Part shown: piece by piece, positions 35,373-45,482 of the stretch | How positions within the stretch are numbered: the stretch's first letter is position 1 | How the letters are laid out: each line of letters starts with the position of its first letter | Origin: Octopus bimaculoides | Taxonomy: Eukaryota | Assembly: GCF_001194135.2 (NCBI RefSeq) | Contig: NC_068992.1 | Location: 38,036,786-38,090,888 of the forward strand | Direction: 5' to 3' | Length of the DNA: 54,103 nt | The notes under the pieces: generated by a model | What the model was told of the DNA's origin: nothing | The model's database searches: none | Seen by the model: only the letters and a program-made list of their open reading frames with translations | Made by a program: the position numbers and the translations under genes

Positions 35373-35459
35373 GTTGTTCAGGAATGTTTGTTCAATCTGT
35401 TGTTCAGGAATGTTTGTTCAATCTGTTGTTCAGGAATGTTTGTTCAATCTGTTTTCCAG
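35373..35459 (+). repeat. 26-bp tandem repeat (3 copies plus partial) forming the exon 2 acceptor region
   Basis: (GTTGTTCAGGAATGTTTGTTCAATCT)x3 at 35373-35450, then GTTTTCCAG|G. Confidence 0.9.
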
Positions 35460-35630
35460 GTCCTAATCTGAAGGTAGTGTCCACTTTGTCGGTTGGCTAT
35501 GAACATATTGATTTGAAGGAATGCAAAGCGCGCAACATCATTGCGTGTAACTTGTCGAAGATATCCACCGATTGTGTTTCAGAGTTTGCGGTTACTTTAG
35601 CGTTGGCAGTTAGTAGACGCATTGAAGAAG
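35460..35630 (+). CDS. GRHPR: GRHPR-like, coding exon 2
   Basis: ttttccAG acceptor at 35458-35459 and GTAAGT donor at 35631; 171 nt, phase 1-1. Encodes (G)PNLKVVSTLSVGYEHIDLKECKARNI...TDCVSEFAVTLALAVSRRIEE, continuing exon 1 in frame. Confidence 0.93.
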
Positions 35631-35805
35631 GTAAGTACCTCAGTTCTTAACCATTTTCTCAACTGCATGCTTATGTTATTCCACCTTCTACAGAGAACAT
35701 CCCTATATAGATTAAGGTTTGGATCACTTCATATATATATTCTTAAATAACAACCATTCCTTAAACCCAGTTAAGAATACACACCTACTCTCCTTATATA
35801 TATAT

Positions 35806-36183
35806 AAATAATACATTTCTAAATCTCGCAGAGAGACTTAAGCAGTAGTGATGCGATAAAGTAGTTGTATACTGCCAACTTAACGTGACAGTCCCAATAA
35901 GGGAATATACTACTGCTGTTTAGCCTTCGGAAGCTGGACCGCTTCCTATTAGGCCTTGACACATTTCCTGTGCCCTTATCCTTCCGAGGGGGAGACAAAC
36001 TCCTCCACCCAGCCTAGCCTGCATTCAGGGACATGTTTCTGAGTATTTGCTCATCATCAGCCTGAAGTAGCACGACTGGCTAGTTGAAGAAGTCTGTTTC
36101 ACTCTCGTAAGGATATACTATTTCAGTGAAATACATTCACTGGTTACAAAATTTAGAAATAATAAATTTCTAAATCTCTCAGA
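35806..36183 (-). mobile_element. ~351-nt hammerhead-bearing unit with 27-nt terminal redundancy (retrozyme/PLE pseudo-LTR-like)
   Basis: aaataata(c/a)atttctaaatctc(g/t)caga at 35806-35832 and 36157-36183 (2 mismatches), flanked by (TA)n; contains HHR-3. Confidence 0.6.
36024..36066 (-). ncRNA. Minimal type I hammerhead ribozyme (HHR-3)
   Basis: UUCAGG-CUGAUGA-UGAG-caaaua-CUCA-GAA-ACAUGU-C/CCUGAA: helix I 6 bp perfect, helix II 4 bp, palindromic helix III; canonical GUC cleavage between 36030 and 36029. Confidence 0.85.
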
Positions 36184-36751
36184 TATATATATATATATAT
36201 ATANNNNNNNNNNNNNNNNNNNNNNNNNNNNNNNNNNNNNNNNNNNNNNNNNNNNNNNNNNNNNNNNNNNNNNNNNNNNNNNNNNNNNNNNNNNNNNNNN
36301 NNNGGGTTCCGGGAGACAGCCGAGGATGACAGGATGACAGAGGAATGCACTTATATATATATATATTTATATATATCCCTCTATATCTGTAGATGGGATA
36401 AATAAATGTCTGGCTGAAGAGGATTAGATATTATTCTGTATATAAATCTTGGTTCTCATTTCTTCTGATAGTCCTCTGTGCATTTCTTCATATCTTCAAT
36501 TCTGTTACAACAGTGAGGCCATCAAAATAAATGTTGTTCCTCTTCTGTGGTTCCTTGAATCATTTCTTTGGTCCTTCCTCTTCTTCATTGACCAGGTTGT
36601 AGCTAGTTGTTGAGGTTCAAATGGGGGAAGATTCATCAGAAGAACTGTCTGGGTTTGAGGAAGGATTTCTGTGTATGTAATCTCTCATCTCAACACCTGA
36701 CTAAAAGGATTCTCTGAAGACACTGACTGATAATGGCCTCCAGGTTCGTAA

Positions 36752-36931
36752 CCCTTTTAACATTTAAACCAGCCATATCTGGCTTAAACATTCTACCTGT
36801 TTTATGCTAAAACTGACCAGATTAGGCCTCTTACACTTACCCTGCAAAGTCATTCTGAAAATTAACAATCATATCTTTGAAATATCAAAGCTACAAGATA
36901 ATACAGGATTAATAATCTGAATTGTAAAGGG
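36752..36931 (+). mobile_element. piggyBac-like MITE
   Basis: (g)TAA|CCCTTTTAACATTTA...TGAATTGTAAAGGG|TTAA. Confidence 0.7.
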
Positions 36932-37256
36932 TTAACATGTGGTTCATGTCTTGCACCCATACAGGAATGTGGAAACGATCTAGACTGTCATATAAACAAA
37001 AACTTCGATACAGAAGCTAAAATGGTTGCTTACAAAGATTTCCTTTGAGCCTTCCATGTTTTGTCACGTGAAATATATTAAAGCTGTTCGATAGCAAACT
37101 GTTTACTCCTTGAGTTCAAATCTTGCTGAGGTTCATATTGCATTTCACCCTTGTGGGGTAAATAACGTAATTATCAATTGTGCTGGGACAGTATAATTGG
37201 CTGCAAGGATTTATTACACTGTACCTGTTAACTTGTTACTAGTCATGTCATTCTAT

Positions 37257-37448
37257 CAAATGTATTCATTATTTATTCACATTGTTTTAGATTTGTAATG
37301 CATTCTCATTGTTATGAGATTTTGATGAATGTGATTATTTTTAGAATGACATTGTGGGGTAGGTGTGAGAAACCAGATCTGGCCTGTTTGAATATAAAAA
37401 AAAAGTAGAATATTTGGGGTAAATATGGCCAGTTTATATGCTAAAGGA
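37257..37448 (-). mobile_element. piggyBac-like MITE, inverted copy of the 36752 family
   Basis: gaatgac...ggtaggtgtgagaaacc...atctgg...gtagaat...atatggccagttta.atgctaaagga|TTAA is complementary to 36752-36900. Confidence 0.6.
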
Positions 37449-37857
37449 TTAAAAGGTAGCAGCATGCTGTTAGAATGTAATGGGTAAGTCACTCCAATGA
37501 TTCTAAGTTCAAATTCCACTGGGGTCAACTTTATCTACAGAGAGAGATAAAAGTAAAGTACCATCAAGTACTCTGGTTGATGGTATTGAATTGCTGTTTC
37601 TTCAGAATTGCTTGCTTTATGCCTAAATTAGTAACCATTATTAAAATGTCAGCCTAAAGCTTTACAGTATTTAGTAGCATCCATCCTTCCTGTATTCCAT
37701 CTTCAATTGTTTTCACCCCCACCACCCATTCTGAGGCTGATAAAATAAGTATTAATGATGAACTAAATTTTAATCATTGATTATGACTCTTAAAATTTCT
37801 AACCTTTTGCTAATGTAAAAAAAAAAAAAAGTAAAAAATATTTCTTCGCATTTTTAG

Positions 37858-38456
37858 GTATTGCTGCTGTTCGAAATGGCAACTGGGGCCTCTGGAAACC
37901 AATGTGGATTTTAGGATCTAGTTTTGCAAACCGCACCATAGGAGTTCTTGGTATGGGAAGAATTGGATATGGTGTGGCTCGGCGCATGAAAGCCTTTTGT
38001 ATTTCTCGTTTAATCTACCATGATATCAAAGAATCATCATTTGCTCAAGAACTTGGAGCAGAATTTGTTGATCTGGAAACCATACTGAAAGATTCGGATG
38101 TCATCTGTATTTGCTGTAACCTGACTCCAGCAACGCATCATCTCTTCAACAAAGAGAACTTCAAGAAGATGAAGAATACGGCAATTCTTATCAATACCAG
38201 TCGTGGCGGTGTCATCAATCACGATGATTTATACGATGCCCTAAAAAGTCATGAAATTGGTGCTGCCGGACTTGATGTCACTGAACCTGAACCACTGCCG
38301 AAAGATCATCGTCTCAACAAGCTACCAAACTGTGTAGTCACACCACACATGGGTAGCAACACTTGGGAAGCTCGGAACAACATGTCTTACAATGCTGCTC
38401 TGAACATCGTTTCTGTCTTTGAGAACCAAACTCCTATAGGAAAGATTAAGAATTAA
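37858..38456 (+). CDS. GRHPR: GRHPR-like, coding exon 3 (terminal)
   Basis: tttttAG acceptor at 37856-37857. Contains Rossmann GMGRIG, INTSRG, GLDVTEPEPLP and PHMGS catalytic motifs of D-2-hydroxyacid dehydrogenases; TAA at 38454-38456. Exons total 205+171+599=975 nt = 324 aa plus stop. Confidence 0.95.
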
Positions 38457-38744
38457 AGAAGTTTTCAGAAAAAGTCATGTTATAAAGAGATCATAATTAC
38501 CATTGTTATAATTCTTCTTCTTATTGTTGTTATGAACATTATTATATCATTAGGGGGCAGTGGATTAGCAGAATCATTAGAGCATTGGACAAAATGCCTT
38601 NNNNNNNNNNTTGCCTTTCATCCTTCCAGGGTTGATAAAGTATCAGTCAAGAACTGGAGGGAGGGATATGATTTAATCAATCAACCCCCCCCCCTTACAA
38701 ATTTGTAGCCATGTGTTTGAAATTGTTGTTATTCAGGAGCATGG

Positions 38745-38940
38745 TGGCTTGGCAGACATGTTAGAGCATCGGCGAAATACCTTGTGGTATTTGTTCCAGC
38801 TCTTTATTCTCTGAATTCAAATTCCACCAAGGTCAACTTTGCCTTTCATCCTTTCGGGGTTGATAAATTAAGTACCAGTCAAGTACTGGGGTCAATATTA
38901 AGACTGTTCCCCTTGCTCCAAATTTATGGTCATGTGCATT
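38745..38940 (+). mobile_element. SINE family B
   Basis: ttggcagacatgttagagc...gaattcaaattccaccaaggtcaactttgcctttcatcctttcggggttgataaattaagtaccag; further partial copies at 38570-38700 and 38980-39100. Confidence 0.8.
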
Positions 38941-40491
38941 TGTCAGATTATTACTATTATTATTATTGTAATTTAAGTGGTAGAGTGCTGGACTAAGTGC
39001 TTTGCAGTACTTAGTTCTGTCTCTTTTCATTCACAATTCAAATCCTGCTGTGGTTGAATTTTTCCCCTCTTCATCACTCCAGGTTTGATAAAAATTAGTC
39101 TTTTTCAAGTTTGTGACCCTGTGCCAAACTTAATACCTCCCTGTCTGTTATTGTTATTATAATTTTATATTTTTGTTGGTAAATGCTTTGTTTTACAATG
39201 GTTATAATTTGCCATAAAATAATATCTGTCTATATTTCTTAATTATGATGACCACATTAATTACAAATTTTTTAATTATTATTTTTTTTATGAGGTATTG
39301 GATCTCTGAGAGGTGAGTTTCCAATCAAAGACATATATATTTCTATATAATATATATTTCTCAAAAATTACTAATGCCAGTATTGACTTTTTTGGCCTCT
39401 TTGATAGTTAATCTTATCTAAAGCGAGTTATTCTCAATTCAAATAATTGGGTTATTAGATAAAATTTAGTCTTAGAAACTGGTCACTTTTTGACCATTGT
39501 GGTCGTTCAAAAAAAAGAATGACCAAGTAGTTAAGTATATCAGCTCCTTTCGAAAAGTGAGTGTTGAGAGGTCTGTGTGTAAAGTGAAAGAAATTGGTCC
39601 CGATGTTATATAGAACCCTCAACCCAATCCTTGCTTTTCAAAGTTTAATTTCTTTTTTTCTTTGTATGTTCAGTTGGATAAAGAAGGCACAGCACTTTCC
39701 ATCAAAGAAGTTTCTGGAAAATAGTAAGGGATGAAAATTGTTCCACTTTAAGGAGATTAAATTTCTTTTTGTGGCTTTTTCTTAATCCTGGATTAATCCT
39801 TGCTCCATCCCGTAATGCGACCTAGAGGTAGAATCCTCTTCCATTCACTTAAGTTCTCACTCATACTTAAGTGAAACTTAGCTCTCATAACTCAAATATT
39901 CAATTATCATGTATGTGATAAATAGGGCCTACTGACTGACCCCATCCCACCCCTTTCCTAATAAAATACAAGGGCAAAACAATCCTTGCCCCGCACTATC
40001 CCTCACTTTCAAGAAAGAAGTGTAGCTTTCCTTCTCTTTCTGCTGTCAATGTTGTGAGAGGGATTTCGTATCCTAAACACTGCAATACAATGAAACCTTT
40101 GTTAATTATACACCTCTCCCCTTCCCCATCTTCAGCTGCCTGCAGATGAGCTGTGCCTCCCCATTTGCAGTTAAGTGATTCATTGATGATAGACTGCACC
40201 AGAAATTTGTAGTATTGTGAGTGCGTATATGTGCGCACACTACATATTTCAATATGAACATATATATACACACACTCGTGTGTGTATATACATATAATAT
40301 ACATGTATGTATATTAGGTACATGTTTATTCTATTATGTTATGCAGCTGACCAAAATTTTTATTTTATTCTAAACATAAATTTATACCTCTTATAAGGAT
40401 AGTTTTATCCAAGATACCCTGGTTTAACATATGTTTTGAAGAGATATTTCTTCAATAAATATATTATAAAACATCAAATATTATTAAAGAG

Positions 40492-40829
40492 TTTGAAAAC
40501 GGAGAGATTCAATGGATTAACCTGTTAATTAATTAACATTGCCCTACAATTGTTTCACTTCACACCCAATTTAAATTACAAAACACAATAATATAAGTTT
40601 GCATTTTGAGTAGTCTGGGTTGAAGATCTTCAGGGCAAAATGAACATTAGTTTACATTCTGATCAATTGAAATACTCCAACAGACTCTATAATGTCCAAT
40701 TTGCCCTGAAGATCTTCCACACAGACTACTTAATTTGCAAAAATATTATGTTTTGTAATTTAAATTGGGTGTGAAGGCAATGTTAAATAATTAATAAATT
40801 TATACCCATTGAATCTCAATTTTCAAATT
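40492..40829. mobile_element. Divergent inverted pair of a hammerhead-bearing repeat
   Basis: Arms ~40492-40650 and ~40690-40829 are reverse complements; the right arm lacks 15 nt. Confidence 0.7.
40539..40638 (-). ncRNA. Type I hammerhead ribozyme with long helix II (HHR-4)
   Basis: UUGCC-CUGAAGA-U-CUUCAACCCA...UGGGU(G)UGAAG-U-GAA-ACAAUUGU-A/GG(G)CAA: helix II 10 bp with one bulge, palindromic helix III; GUA cleavage between 40545 and 40544. Confidence 0.68.
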
Positions 40830-43661
40830 TATATATATATTATTATTATTATTTCTATCTTTTGAGATTACAATTTTTGCAAATATTTCTTCTATTACTA
40901 CTAATGCTGCTACTATTTTCCCTACATTGTCTTCATCTTATTCTTCTCCTTTTGCTTGACCTTCCTCCTCCTCTTACTCTTGTCTGTTTTGTTATCTTTC
41001 TTTTGCTTTTCCTCCTCCATTTCTTTCAGATTTTCTTTTTAAAATTTTAGTAGTTAAAGTGTTGTGGTAGATCTAGAAATTATGGCCAATCTAGACGTAA
41101 AAACAAACCCTTATGTTTATTTTAAACTTAAACATTAGAAAAAGGTTATTTTATCTAAAGCTGGTTGTATGGTGAGAGAAAATGGATAGCGAAAGTGGCT
41201 GGGTTTGGAAAATGTAATAAATATGATGGCATTCTTTATAGACAATCCTGGAAATAAACATAAGAATGGCATTATGTGAGTTGGACTGGAGATTAAAAAA
41301 GAATTAATGTATTTTTTGTTGTTGCTAATCAGGTGATGAGATGAAGGTAGGATCTTGTGCGTGCGTGCATGCATGCATGTGTGATATAGTAATTTGCGAC
41401 TTAAGGAGAGTTGAGTATTCTTGTAGAATTGATAGAAAACTAGAAATAGTTGAAACAATAACATTGTGTTGCAGATCCGTCCAATTGTGACGATATCACA
41501 CTTTAAAGATTTGTCCAAACATCTTGCCATTTATGGTAAACTCACATTTTGAAGATCTGTCCAAACCAACCCCTGAGTGATGAAATCATGAATGTCTTGT
41601 GATGATAGTGATTTTGAAAATAATCTCCATACCAGTTGCATTTTAATTGTTTCATTGGTTTGCAATAGAAACATGCCAAATTTATTATTATTATTATTAT
41701 TATTATAACTGTAGCTATTGTCTATTTTGTTTGTTTATTATTATTATCATTTTTTTTTTGTTTTATTGTTCTCTAGAGTTTAATATATCTGAAAATAAAT
41801 TGCTTTATTCTCTCAACTTTGTCTTTGTCATTATTCATGCATGTAACTCATACAAATGATGGTAATAAAGTTGTGAGGCAAACAGTGTTATAATACAGAG
41901 AGAGATATTGTGATGAGGTTAAACCATTTGTAGAAGAGGAAAATCCAGGAAGACCTGCAAATGGAGTGGTGGAGGCTGATCTCGGGACTTTGAACCTCAT
42001 GCAGAAGACTACAAAGGACGAGGAGGATTGATGGTATGTGGTTCTCAAGAAGACCCACCCAACTTGGTCAAAAATGATTTTGAAAGCATAACCCAGCCCA
42101 ATTTCTTCCTAAAAACATTTCTACCACTCATATCTTCTCCACCCACATTTTACATTGATTACCCTCCTGAGTCACCAAATTATCTCCCCTCCACCACCAT
42201 ACATCTTCTCATTCACTATCCCCATTCTTACAACCTATCCAACCACGTCATCTCTCCATATTTTCTTTCCTCCTCTGTCTGCTGTATCATTTACTATTCT
42301 GCTTCTATTCATCTACCTTTTTTTCTTCTTTTCCTACTGTCATCTCTCCCTAATCTCAACCAACTTGTTTATCATTGGTTACCCCTCACCTCCTTCATCC
42401 TAATTTCTACACTTCCTACCTCCTCTACTTTCATCATCCTTCAAAATTTGTTTCTCATAGTAATCCTCCTCACCCATTCTTTATATCTAATCATCTCTTT
42501 TGCAAAGCTACTTACCTACACACTTTCTGTTCAACTATCCCCAATCATTTGTACTCATCTTACCTTGAGATCCACCCAAATACCTGTCACCATTACTTTT
42601 ATCTCTTTCCAGTTCACCCTGATCACTCTTTTTCTAAAGCTGTGTTGCATCTTTACAGCCAATGAACTAGTTCCAGCACCTTCTTGCTCAGTTTTTATCC
42701 CTCTCTCTACTGTAGCCCCACTCATCTGAAGGTTATCACCTTTTTGGGTTGCATGGTGACCTCATTAGGGCTAGAGCCATGGGGAAAAAAAAAGCCCCAG
42801 TACACTCTGTAGTGTGGTTGTGCATTAGGAAAGGCATTCAGCCATAGAATCCATGCCAAAGCAGGCATGAGAGCTTGATGCAGTCTTCTAATCACTTGGA
42901 TCTTATCAAACCATCCAGCATGGAAGACTGATGTTACATGATAATTAAAATCATAATTACTGGAATTTGAAACCAATGAAAGAATCTGTGTAGTTATTAA
43001 TATATTTTATTTTAATGTGATTGCAACATAGATGACACAAGTTAGCCATTCAGAAATGCTTTTAGACCATCAACTTCACTGAAACATTCATTTGTAATAT
43101 ATCAAAATTTACACCACTTGAAACTGTGACCTCTTCAGACAAAGAAGTTCTACTGCATCACATTCTGAATGGCTAACTTATATCTTGCACCATGTAATTT
43201 AGTTTCAGTACAAGTCCAAACATTTGAGATGCAGAATACATTTCCATAATTTTAATTAATGTTTCCTGAAAAAGGACATCACCTACAAGGCCCTCCAATT
43301 TAGGATCTTAGAAACTGGAGAGAGGAAGTTCATTGTTAAACTGGAGATCTGGCCTGAATGATTCAACCGAGTAGGATTCACAAAAAGCCCAAGACCTGGT
43401 GTTATCTCTTGCAATTGAGTAAATCTGCCACCCTACACAGGAATGGTCCCAGCAATGAGGTTCTACACAGTTTCTGTTTACCAAATCTCACTTGTAAGTC
43501 TTCACTTCAATTGAGGCTATCGTACCCAATTTATACCTGAATGCCATTTGTTACCAATCCTTGGCTGGTCATGATTTTGTGGAAGACTGGAAATGACAAC
43601 TTTTATAACAGTAACACTCATTAACAATTATCATATGTCAAGGACGTACACACACATACAG

Positions 43662-43808
43662 AATGGGTTTCTTTCAATTTCTATCTACCTGTTTTACTCA
43701 CAGGCTTTGGTTAGTAAGGTGCTATAGAAGACACTTCCCCAAGATGTCATGCAGTGGGAGTGAACCTGAAACTGTGGTTGGGAAGTAAACTTCTTATCAC
43801 ACAGCCAC
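43662..43808 (-). mobile_element. SINE family A, 5' half
   Basis: atgggtttctttcaatttctatctacc...cacaggctttgg...gacacttcccaagatgtc...gttgggaagtaaacttcttatcacacagccac. Confidence 0.7.
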
Positions 43809-45086
43809 ACTTATATATCTCCTCATTTGACGTCCATTTTTTTTCCATGCTTGCATGGGTCAGACAGAATTTGTTGTACAATTCCTGCAGCCAGATGTTC
43901 TTCTTGTCACCAACCCTTACCTGTTTCAAAGCAACGTAATATTACTGCCCCTCACCTATGGCCTGGCATGGTCTTCACTGAACACTTGAAATGAACAATC
44001 ATTTGCAACCATCACTTAATGTCTAGATTCAAGACAAAGGTGTGCACAAACACCTACATTTTAAATATATATTCAGTTTCTCTCAAGCAAATCCACTCAC
44101 AAGGCTTTGGTTGGCTTAGGACTACAGAAGAAGACATTTAATCTGATTTCTATTACAGGTTGCTAGAATAGTTTAAAACTTGTGCAACACACAATATCTC
44201 TAGCTAGATGGTAGGGGTTCGTTCCCCTGTTGGGTGCAAATTGCATCGATAACCAGCTAGAGGAGGCACCCTCTTGGAGTTAAAAATAGTAGAACATCAG
44301 TTCATATGGAACAGCCATGTTGAAGTGGTGACAAGCATTACTTCTCTGACTTCATTTACTTGAATTGTTTTCAAAATTATTAACATTTGGTTAATTGATG
44401 GTGTCAGGGAGATGGGTTCATAGAAATGAGTACTTAGTCCAAGAGTACAACACATTGTACTTTGTTGTAAAAGGATATGTTTGAAGGTAAAAGTAATCCT
44501 AATTTCCAAACTATTTTAACTCGAATGAATATGGAAAACAGAAATGGTTAATGACGACTCTAAAACACAAAATCTTCATTGAAATAATGTCAACAATTAT
44601 TCAAAATGTCAATATTTTCATATTCCAGGTGGCTGAGGAAAGCATTGCTATATGAAGGCAAGCAGTTTTCATCAGAAAACATTCGAACAGGGCTTCTAAA
44701 TGGGTTGATTATGGGTGTCGTTAACCTAATTCCGGATTTCAGTTTCTTCAGAGACATAGCTGACCAGTCATGACTGTGCTGACAAAATTCAGTGAAATAG
44801 GCAGCAATGTTCTCTTTCTGAAAGATAAAATAAACAAAAATCACAGTTTATATTCGAGTCACTAAAAAAGATTATCATCATTTAATGTCCAATTTTCTAT
44901 GCTTGCAGGAGTCAGATGGAATTTGTCAAGATGGAATTTTTTACAGCTGGATGCCCTGTCATCAACCCTAACTTATTTCCAAATCTAAGTTCCTCCGTTA
45001 CTTAGCCCGTCCCGTCTGTAATGCTTTCACATGATTGGGGGAGGGAGGAGAGGTGGTGGTGAGTGAAATTCTTTTTTTTCATTTTA

Positions 45087-45330
45087 TTTGTCATCTGACA
45101 GTGGCCATGCTGGAGCACCACCTTTACTCGAACAAATTGACCACAGGACTTAGTAAGCCCAGTACTAATTCTTTTGGTCTCTTTTGCCAAACTGCTAAGT
45201 TACAAGGATGTAAACACACCACTATCGGTTGTCAAGCGATGGTGAAGGGACAAACATACACACACATATATATACACACGATGGGTTTCTTTCAGTTTCC
45301 ATCTACCAAATCCACTCATAAGGCTTTGGT
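45087..45330 (-). mobile_element. SINE family A
   Basis: gtggccatgctggagcaccac...cggttgtcaagcgatgg...gatgggtttctttcagtttccatctaccaaatccactc. Confidence 0.8.
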
Positions 45331-45482
45331 CAATCCAAACTGCTGCCCCTATGTGTAATTTCTTTCTTTGTTAACTAAATTTTTTCCTCCATTATTTAAC
45401 TTGTTAGTAAAACTTCCACGTGATTAGTTGAAGAGAATGGCAAAGAGTGAGAATGCTGTGTAGGAAGTGTATAAAATCGTGT

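Noticed and set aside
42028-42729. 233-aa ORF
   Set aside because: Low-complexity Leu/Ser/Ile/Phe/Pro composition from a pyrimidine-rich strand with no recognisable domain; the opposite strand may be a very old LINE remnant but I cannot support that.
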